In this document: positions 57,088 to 64,000 of the stretch, piece by piece | Numbering within the stretch: the stretch's first letter is position 1 | Layout: the number at the start of each line of letters is the position of its first letter | NCBI GenBank assembly: GCA_002721275.1 | Contig: PBJZ01000018.1 | Coordinates: 3,729 to 67,728 of the forward strand | Direction of reading: 5' to 3' | Length of the DNA: 64,000 nucleotides | Source: Flavobacteriaceae bacterium | Lineage (GTDB): Bacteria; Bacteroidota; Bacteroidia; Flavobacteriales; Flavobacteriaceae | Program-made: the position numbers and the translations under genes | Notes under the pieces: model-generated | Seen by the model: the letters and a program-made list of their open reading frames with translations, nothing else | Databases searched by the model: none | Told to the model about the DNA's origin: nothing

Positions 57088-57951
57088 ATGAGACAATTAA
57101 AAATTACAAAACAAGTAACAAACAGAGAAACTGCTTCCTTAGACAAATATCTTCAGGAGATTGGAAAAGTTGACTTAATTACAGCTGAAGAAGAAGTAGA
57201 ATTAGCACAAAGAATTAAAGCTGGAGACCAAGTCGCTCTAGAGAAACTTACAAAGGCTAATTTAAGATTCGTAGTGTCGGTTGCTAAGCAGTATCAAAAT
57301 CAAGGCCTAACTCTTCCTGACCTTATCAATGAGGGTAACTTAGGTTTGATTAAGGCCGCTCAAAGATTCGATGAAACAAGAGGATTTAAGTTTATTTCAT
57401 ATGCTGTTTGGTGGATACGACAATCTATTCTTCAAGCCTTGGCAGAACAGTCCAGAATTGTAAGACTTCCACTGAATAAAATTGGTTCCATAAACAAAAT
57501 AAATAAAACATATGCTTTTTTGGAACAAGCTCATGAACGTCAACCTTCTGCAGAAGAAATTGCAAAAGAATTAGACATGACTATTAATGACGTTAAAGAA
57601 TCTCTGAAAAATTCTGGCAGGCATGTCTCCATGGACGCTCCGTTAGTTGAAGGTGAAGACTCGAATCTTTATGATGTTTTAAATATTGGAGAATCTCCCA
57701 ATCCAGACCGATCCCTACTACATGAATCATTAAGGACTGAAATAGAAAGGGCTCTTGAAACATTGACCCCCAGAGAAGCTGATGTTGTAAGATTATATTT
57801 TGGTCTTGGCAATCAACACGCTATGACACTCGAAGAAATTGGTGAAACTTTTGATTTAACTAGAGAGAGAGTAAGACAAATAAAAGAAAAGGCAATAAGG
57901 CGTCTAAAACATACCTCTAGAAGTAAAATTTTAAAAACATACCTTGGCTAA
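57088..57951 (+). CDS. rpoD: Primary sigma-70 family factor (short Bacteroidota sigma-A type, lacks region 1.1)
   Basis: 287 aa with region 2 ([29 protein letters not shown]), region 3, and region 4.2 ([16 protein letters not shown]). Confidence 0.9.
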   Translation: MRQLKITKQVTNRETASLDKYLQEIGKVDLITAEEEVELAQRIKAGDQVALEKLTKANLRFVVSVAKQYQNQGLTLPDLINEGNLGLIKAAQRFDETRGFKFISYAVWWIRQSILQALAEQSRIVRLPLNKIGSINKINKTYAFLEQAHERQPSAEEIAKELDMTINDVKESLKNSGRHVSMDAPLVEGEDSNLYDVLNIGESPNPDRSLLHESLRTEIERALETLTPREADVVRLYFGLGNQHAMTLEEIGETFDLTRERVRQIKEKAIRRLKHTSRSKILKTYLG

Positions 57952-57961
57952 AAATTAAATC

Positions 57962-58612
57962 ATGCACAATCTAATTGCTCCTTCAATTCTCTCTGCTGAT
58001 TTTGGAAATTTAGAGCGAGATTGTGAGATGATTAATCAAAGTAAAGCAGATTGGTTTCATATTGACATAATGGATGGTGTTTTTGTGCCGAATATATCAT
58101 TTGGAATGCCTGTTTTAAAATCAATAAATTCCTATGCTAAAAAACCACTTGATGTTCACCTAATGATTACTGATCCTGATCGATATATTAAAAACTTTGC
58201 TGATCTTAATGCGAAGATTTTAACAGTCCATTTTGAAGCATGCATTCATCTTCACAGGACTATTCAAGAAATTAAAATAAATGGTATGAAAGCAGGAGTT
58301 GCATTGAACCCTCACACACCAGTTAGTGTATTAGAACCGATTATAAGTGACATTAATTTAGTTTGTTTAATGAGTGTAAATCCTGGCTTTGGTGGTCAAA
58401 AATTTATAAAAAACACCTACAATAAAACTAAAGAATTAAAAAGACTAATTCAAACAAAAAAAAGCAATGCTTTGATTGAAATAGATGGTGGTGTATCAAA
58501 TAAAAATGCAAAAAAATTATTTGATCTAGGTGCTAACATTCTCGTAGCAGGAAATTTTGTTTTTAAATCAGAGGATCCCAAATCAGCCATTTCAAATTTG
58601 AAATCGATCTAA
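57962..58612 (+). CDS. rpe: Ribulose-phosphate 3-epimerase
   Basis: 216 aa with APSILSADF, H.D.MDG.FVPN, DVHLM and VNPGFGGQKF motifs. Confidence 0.95.
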   Translation: MHNLIAPSILSADFGNLERDCEMINQSKADWFHIDIMDGVFVPNISFGMPVLKSINSYAKKPLDVHLMITDPDRYIKNFADLNAKILTVHFEACIHLHRTIQEIKINGMKAGVALNPHTPVSVLEPIISDINLVCLMSVNPGFGGQKFIKNTYNKTKELKRLIQTKKSNALIEIDGGVSNKNAKKLFDLGANILVAGNFVFKSEDPKSAISNLKSI

Positions 58613-58656
58613 AATCTAAAAGCATATAAACTTAATGTTTTTATTATATTTATTAA

Positions 58657-59361
58657 ATGAGCGTATATACCATTGATTTTATGTCTGATGAGTGGATAAG
58701 AAACACAATGATTACTGGTTTTTTTATTTGTTTTTTTTTATTGATGGGAAAAATTTTATCTGTTAATCAAAACATAAAAATTGCAAAATCATTAAGCTGT
58801 ATTTTGCTAATTTCCACTCTATTCTCTCATATTGGAAATATAATTTCAGATCAATGGACAATTAGAGAACACTTACCCCTGCATTTATGTAGTATAAACA
58901 GCCTAATCTGTATTTCAGTATTGTTCTTAAAAAATAACCAGAGCTTATTTGAATTCAGTTTTTTTGGAGGAATTATTGGAGGTATAGTTGCAATACTCAC
59001 ACCTCAAATAAACGATTATGATGGTAGCTTTCTTGAATATTTAGTTTATTATTTTAGTCATAGTCTAATAATATTAATACCATTGTATCTGTTTTTCTAT
59101 TTAAGCTTTGAACTAAAAAAATTTTCATGGTTAAAGACAATTTTACTTTTAAACATATTAATGATAATTATTATGCCATTAAATTATTTTATAAAATCCA
59201 ATTATATGTATTTAAACTATCCACCAAAAGTAGATAATCCCCTGATAATTGGAGAATGGCCTAATTATTTGATATATTTTGAATTATTTATTTTAATTTT
59301 ATTTTTATCAATTTATTGGATTTTCACAAGAATAAAAAAACTATATTCTTATAACAAATAA
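58657..59361 (+). CDS. Integral membrane protein, possibly TIGR02206/YwaF-like
   Basis: 234 aa with about 7 TM segments. It has an LPLHLCS motif that I associate with that family. This is a low-certainty recollection. Confidence 0.45.
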   Translation: MSVYTIDFMSDEWIRNTMITGFFICFFLLMGKILSVNQNIKIAKSLSCILLISTLFSHIGNIISDQWTIREHLPLHLCSINSLICISVLFLKNNQSLFEFSFFGGIIGGIVAILTPQINDYDGSFLEYLVYYFSHSLIILIPLYLFFYLSFELKKFSWLKTILLLNILMIIIMPLNYFIKSNYMYLNYPPKVDNPLIIGEWPNYLIYFELFILILFLSIYWIFTRIKKLYSYNK

Positions 59362-59397
59362 TCAAATAATATTAAATTTGAAATAATTATTAATATC

Positions 59398-59724
59398 ATG
59401 TTATACATTATTCAACTTTTTTTTATTTTTTCAATTCAAAATATCGATCCCTATGAATTTTTAAATGCAAAATGGTGCGAATCAAAGGATAAAGAATGTT
59501 TTATTATAACATATGAAAACGGTTTACTTATATATGAAATTCCAGATGGTGGCTTTCGTTCTGGTATAGAAATGATAAAATTTGATAAAAAACAAAAACA
59601 AATTTTTTGGAGAATAGTTGGTACAAGTAAGAAGACTCAATATTTTAAAATTCTTAACAGCACCACAGTTGAACACTTTGACGGGGTTGAAACAAGAAAA
59701 ATTAAGAAATTCAAAATCAAGTAA
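59398..59724 (+). CDS. Small hypothetical protein with a hydrophobic N-terminus
   Basis: 108-aa ORF. A TAAATTTG box at 59373-59380 lies 17 nt upstream. Confidence 0.45.
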   Translation: MLYIIQLFFIFSIQNIDPYEFLNAKWCESKDKECFIITYENGLLIYEIPDGGFRSGIEMIKFDKKQKQIFWRIVGTSKKTQYFKILNSTTVEHFDGVETRKIKKFKIK

Positions 59725-59750
59725 ACTTAAAATTATTTTAAAGTAATTAA

Positions 59751-61754
59751 ATGAAAAAAAATTTATTTAAAGCTATATTAATATTACTAATTCTAATAGG
59801 ATGCAAAAACGATTTGTCAGAAAGCAAATTTTCTTTTTTTGCAGAGCAATTTGCCGATACAAGAATTCTTAGATATAAAATCCCTGGATTCAATAAATTA
59901 ACCTTAGATCAAAAGAAATTAGTTTATTACCTAACGCAAGCAGGACTTGTTGGAAGAGATATTATGTACGATCAAAATTATAAACATAATCTTTCAATCA
60001 AAAGAGCCTTAGAAAATATTTACTTAAATTACCGTGGTGACCGCTCAACGAATGCATGGAATGAATATGAAATATATTTAAAAAGGATATGGTTTTCTAA
60101 TGGAATTCATCATCATTACTCTAATGACAAATTCATTCCTAAATTTTCAAAAAAGTATTTAAAAGACTTATTAGATGAATCAAATACTTCACTGAATTAT
60201 GATGCTTTTGATGCAATTTTCAACTCAAAAGACCTAAAAAAAGTTAACTTGGATCCTGAACTTGGTTTGATTAAAGGTTCGGCTGTTAATTTTTATGATG
60301 ATAATATTACTGAATCCGAAGTTAATGATTTTTATAAGCAAAAAATTATAGACGATCATAACAAACCTGTATCCCTTGGGTTAAATTCAAAGCTTATAAA
60401 AGTTGATGGTGCTATTGAAGAAAAGGTCTGGAAATTAAATGGTATGTACTCAGATGCAATAGAGAAAATTATCTTTTGGCTAAGGAAAGCCGCAACAGTT
60501 TCAGAAAACGATCAACAAAAAAAAACATTTGAACTATTAATAAAATACTACGAAACAGGAGATCTAAAAATTTGGGATGACTACAACATAAAATGGGTTA
60601 ACACCAAAGAAGGTGATATTGATTATATAAACGGTTTTATTGAAGTTTATAATGACCCTCTGGCCTATAAAGCATCATTTGAATCAGTAGTTCAAATAAA
60701 AGACTTTGAAATGAGTAAGAAAATGAATGCAGTCTCTAAGTATGCACAGTGGTTTGAAGATAATTCTACTATTTCTGATAACCACAAAAGAAAAAATGTT
60801 GTTGGTATTTCATATAATACAGTTAATGTGGCATCAGAAGCCGGAGCCACATCGCCTTCTTCTCCAATTGGTATTAATCTACCTAATGCTAATTGGATAA
60901 GGGCTAATCATGGATCCAAGTCTGTTTCCTTAGGTAATATTTTGTTTTCCTATGCTAATGCTGGAAGTAGTGGAAGAATAAATGAATTTGCATTAAATAA
61001 AGAACACATTAATATTGAAAAAAAATATGGTAATGAAGCTGATGATCTTCACACTGCACTGCACGAGGTAATTGGTCATGCAAGCGGAAAAATTATCGAT
61101 GGAGTTGGAACACCTAAAGAAACTCTGAAAAGTTATAGTTCTACATTAGAAGAAGCTAGAGCTGATCTTGTTGGGTTATATTTTATTTCAGATAAAAAAA
61201 TGGAGGAAATTGGCATTACAAAACATTTAAAAGAATACACAATAGCTCAGTATAATAGTTATATTAGAAATGGTCTTATGACCCAATTAATTAGGATTAA
61301 ACCGGGAAATGACATTGAGGAATCTCACATGAGAAATCGTCAAATGATATCAAAGTGGGTATATGAGAAGGGTAAAAAAGATAACGTAATTGAAAAGATT
61401 ATAATTGAGAATAAAACATATTTCATAATTAATGACTACGAAAAATTAAGAGGTCTTTTTGGAGTTCTTCTTAAAGAAATTCAAAGAATAAAATCTGAAG
61501 GAGACTATGAAGCGGGAAAAAACTTAGTTGAAAATTATGGTGTTAAAATAGACATTGATTTACATAAAGAGATTTTAATGAGAAATGAGAAGTTTACATC
61601 TGCACCTTATAGTGGTTTTATGAATCCAAATTTGATCCCGATTAAAAATTCATCAAATGATATAATTGACATCAAGATAGAGCAATCAAAGAGTTTTTCT
61701 GATCAAATGCTTATGTACAAGAAAAAATACTCGACTTTACCAAATTACAACTAA
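59751..61754 (+). CDS. M49-family dipeptidyl-peptidase III-like zinc metallopeptidase, lipoprotein
   Basis: 667 aa with a lipobox (LILIGC). It has HEVIGH (HExxGH) and, 46 residues downstream, EEARAD (EExRA[ED]). That pair is diagnostic for M49. Confidence 0.8.
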   Translation: MKKNLFKAILILLILIGCKNDLSESKFSFFAEQFADTRILRYKIPGFNKLTLDQKKLVYYLTQAGLVGRDIMYDQNYKHNLSIKRALENIYLNYRGDRSTNAWNEYEIYLKRIWFSNGIHHHYSNDKFIPKFSKKYLKDLLDESNTSLNYDAFDAIFNSKDLKKVNLDPELGLIKGSAVNFYDDNITESEVNDFYKQKIIDDHNKPVSLGLNSKLIKVDGAIEEKVWKLNGMYSDAIEKIIFWLRKAATVSENDQQKKTFELLIKYYETGDLKIWDDYNIKWVNTKEGDIDYINGFIEVYNDPLAYKASFESVVQIKDFEMSKKMNAVSKYAQWFEDNSTISDNHKRKNVVGISYNTVNVASEAGATSPSSPIGINLPNANWIRANHGSKSVSLGNILFSYANAGSSGRINEFALNKEHINIEKKYGNEADDLHTALHEVIGHASGKIIDGVGTPKETLKSYSSTLEEARADLVGLYFISDKKMEEIGITKHLKEYTIAQYNSYIRNGLMTQLIRIKPGNDIEESHMRNRQMISKWVYEKGKKDNVIEKIIIENKTYFIINDYEKLRGLFGVLLKEIQRIKSEGDYEAGKNLVENYGVKIDIDLHKEILMRNEKFTSAPYSGFMNPNLIPIKNSSNDIIDIKIEQSKSFSDQMLMYKKKYSTLPNYN

Positions 61755-61761
61755 CTCAAAT

Positions 61762-61838
61762 TGGTGACCCAGGGAGGATTCGAACCCCCAACCATCAGAG
61801 CCGAAATCTGACATTCTATCCAGTTGAACTACTGGGCC
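61762..61838 (-). tRNA. tRNA-Arg (anticodon UCG), CCA encoded
   Basis: I folded the cloverleaf manually from the minus strand, GGCCCAGTAGTTCAACTGGATAGAATGTCAGATTTCGGCTCTGATGGTTGGGGGTTCGAATCCTCCCTGGGTCACCA. The acceptor stem is 7 bp. The anticodon stem is TCAGA/TCTGA and the loop is TT-TCG-GC. The T-loop is TTCGAAT. Confidence 0.9.
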
Positions 61839-61850
61839 TACTATTACTAC

Positions 61851-62303
61851 TTATTTTTTCATTAATTTCTCTCTTACTATATTGGATATAGTTTTGCCAT
61901 CTGCCTTACCTGCAAGTTTAATGGAAGCCTTAGACATTATCACTCCCATATCTTTCATATCCGTTGCCCCAATTTCATCAATGAGAGAATCAATTATTTT
62001 TTCTAATTCCTCTTCTGAAATTGGTTTAGGTAGAAATTCAGAAATAATTTTTGCTTGAGCCTCTTCTTGATCAGCTAAATCAGATCTATTTTGATCTTTA
62101 TAAATAATTGCGCTCTCTTTTCTTTGCTTTACTAATTTTTGTAGTAATTGTACTTCTTCGGTCTCAGATATAGAAGTGTTTCTATTTTTTGTTTTTAAAA
62201 GTAGTAAAGATGATTTTATAGATCTTAAAGATTCTAAACGCACAGCATCTCTCAACTTCATTGATACAATTATTGATTTTGTTATTTTTTTCTCTAAGTT
62301 CAT
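61851..62303 (-). CDS. GatB/YqeY domain-containing protein
   Basis: 150 aa with ...KD.VRL..LR..KS.......EE...L.K..KQR.ES...Y....R.DLA..E..E...I..FLP typical of YqeY. Confidence 0.8.
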   Translation of the reverse strand: MNLEKKITKSIIVSMKLRDAVRLESLRSIKSSLLLLKTKNRNTSISETEEVQLLQKLVKQRKESAIIYKDQNRSDLADQEEAQAKIISEFLPKPISEEELEKIIDSLIDEIGATDMKDMGVIMSKASIKLAGKADGKTISNIVREKLMKK

Positions 62304-62315
62304 TTATTATATATT

Positions 62316-64000
62316 TTAATCTGCATTATCATGAAGGTATGAATTATTGGATTTTATATTTAGATTTTCATTATCATCTGTTTGAATAATAATATCTGAC
62401 GCTTTTTCTTTATTGATTGTTTCATTTTCAATGTTAAGACCACTTCTCTCATATGCAGGTTGTTTCTCTAAATCATCAATCTTATTTATGGTTTTTTTGA
62501 ATGAATAATTAAATTCTTTTAAATGAATCATTCTACTCTTATTTTCATCAACGTCTGCTTGATCAATTGACTTTTCAAATGGATTTTTTTCATCAATTTG
62601 TGAAGATATAATTTCAGGATTCACTACTTCAATATTTTTGATATTAGTATCAGTAGGTTCCTTAACTCTATCATCTGAATCGATCTCAAATTGATTACTA
62701 AAAGAGCTATTATGTTCATCAAGAGTCTCAATTTGCTGATTTATATTTGAAGTTTCTTCAATATAATCATCATTATTAACATCTTTTTTTAAATCAAATT
62801 TAATATCAAAATCCTCAATATTTTTTGCTTTATTTAAAGAAATATCGAAATCAAAAGTGGTTTGATTTTTTGGGTCTGATTCTATTAACTCTTCATCTAT
62901 TATTTTTAATTGCTCAATATCTTCACTTATATTATTTATTATAAAATTTTCAGTTTTGTGATTTTGTTCACTAGAATTATCCGATTCAGAATAATTATTC
63001 AAATCTTCTTTATTTTTTTTAGATAGAATTTCATCATATTGTACATCAATATCCAAAACTTCATCGGTCAATAAAATATTATAGTTTGATTCGTTATTTT
63101 CAATTAAATCAGAATTTTTGGAATTTTCATTTAGGAATTCTAAACTATTTTTTTCGTTGTTTTTTGTCACAAGAAATTGCTCCATTTTCTGATCATCTTC
63201 AAGAGTATGAATTATTTTTTTTGGTTCGGTATTAACTATATCGTTTTGTTGATCAATATCAAAACCAGTTGCAATAATAGTCACTGATATAGAGTCTTGG
63301 AGTTTTTCATCTTCTCCAACTCCCATAATAATATTTGTATTATTACCCGCCTCAGATTGAATATAATCATTTATTTCTCCTATTTCATCTATGGTTATCT
63401 CTTCAGTACCAGAAACAATTAATAATAGAACATTTTTACTCCCCGTTATTTTATTATCATTCAATAAAGGGGAATCTAATGCTTTAATAATAGCTTCTTG
63501 CGCCCTATTGCTTCCACTAGATGTTCCAGAACCCATGATTGCAGAACCACTATTTTTAAGAACTGTTTTTGCATCCCTAAGATCAATATTTTGAGTGTAA
63601 TGATGAGTAATTACCTCTGCTATTCCCCGAGCAGCTTTTGATAAAACTTCATCTGCTTTTGCAAACCCAGATTTAAAACCAAGGTTTCCATATACCTCTC
63701 TAAGTTTGTTGTTATTGATTACAACCAAGGAGTCAACTTCTTTTTTAATATTTTCTAATCCGACTTGAGCTTGATCTAATCTTAATTTTCCCTCAAACTG
63801 AAATGGCATTGTTACGATGCCAACAGTTAAAATATCTAGCTCTCTTGCCATTTTTGCAATAATTGGTGCAGCACCTGTCCCAGTTCCTCCACCCATTCCT
63901 GCTGTGATAAAAACCATTTTAGTTTGTGTATTTAATAAATTTTTTAAGTCGTCATAACTTTCTTCTGCAGCATTTGCTCCAACTTTAGGATTTGCTCCTG
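62316..64000 (-). CDS. ftsZ: Cell division protein FtsZ, 3' part (the N-terminus lies beyond the right edge)
   Basis: The frame stays open upstream of the track's internal Met. Codons 63918-63998 translate to GANPKVGANAAEESYDDLKNLLNTQTK, followed by MVFITAGMGGGTGTGAAP, the tubulin signature. The protein has a long acidic linker and ends with the conserved ...QPAYERSG... and ...NSYLHDNAD tail. Confidence 0.93.
   Translation of the reverse strand, partial: GANPKVGANAAEESYDDLKNLLNTQTKMVFITAGMGGGTGTGAAPIIAKMARELDILTVGIVTMPFQFEGKLRLDQAQVGLENIKKEVDSLVVINNNKLREVYGNLGFKSGFAKADEVLSKAARGIAEVITHHYTQNIDLRDAKTVLKNSGSAIMGSGTSSGSNRAQEAIIKALDSPLLNDNKITGSKNVLLLIVSGTEEITIDEIGEINDYIQSEAGNNTNIIMGVGEDEKLQDSISVTIIATGFDIDQQNDIVNTEPKKIIHTLEDDQKMEQFLVTKNNEKNSLEFLNENSKNSDLIENNESNYNILLTDEVLDIDVQYDEILSKKNKEDLNNYSESDNSSEQNHKTENFIINNISEDIEQLKIIDEELIESDPKNQTTFDFDISLNKAKNIEDFDIKFDLKKDVNNDDYIEETSNINQQIETLDEHNSSFSNQFEIDSDDRVKEPTDTNIKNIEVVNPEIISSQIDEKNPFEKSIDQADVDENKSRMIHLKEFNYSFKKTINKIDDLEKQPAYERSGLNIENETINKEKASDIIIQTDDNENLNIKSNNSYLHDNAD

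Noticed and set aside
1-64000. A search for CRISPR arrays, IS elements or transposases, integrases, toxin-antitoxin pairs, restriction-modification systems and known defence-system signatures.
   Set aside because: None was found. Outside the giant gene, every ORF of 100 aa or more on the track is either a recognisable housekeeping gene, a small hypothetical gene, or a shadow ORF. No direct-repeat/spacer periodicity or terminal inverted repeats were seen.

Overview
This is an AT-rich, very compact chromosomal segment. By gene content and signals it is Bacteroidota, probably a streamlined marine flavobacterium. Supporting signs are a 287-aa sigma-A, TAnnTTTG promoter boxes, a str operon without tuf, a PorT-like gene and a long-tailed FtsZ.

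Positions ~13.3-64 kb are ordinary housekeeping genes. They include one uninterrupted rpsL-to-rplQ ribosomal/secY/rpoA cluster of 32 genes (27118-43841, minus strand). The rest are carA, eno, gltA, argS, ffh, folD, queE, trkAH, ubiE, fba, accD, rpsO-pnp, rpoD, rpe, an M49 peptidase, tRNA-Arg(UCG) and the 3' part of ftsZ.

The exceptional region is 1-12732. The ORF track shows only short plus-strand ORFs there. My line-by-line reverse-complement translation shows one unbroken minus-strand reading frame of 4,244 codons. It starts at GTG 12732, has a signal peptide, and runs off the left edge of the window. That edge is probably why the track omitted it.

The product is a giant Thr/Ser/Gly/Ile/Asn-rich surface protein. 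It is built from Cys-stapled Ig-like modules and about 17 copies of an ~85-95 aa module I cannot assign to any family I know. In at least 9 cases that module appears to be inserted inside an Ig-like module, between the module's two cysteines.

I found no CRISPR array, IS element, integrase or rRNA. No database searches were possible, so every family name rests on motif recognition from the translations.
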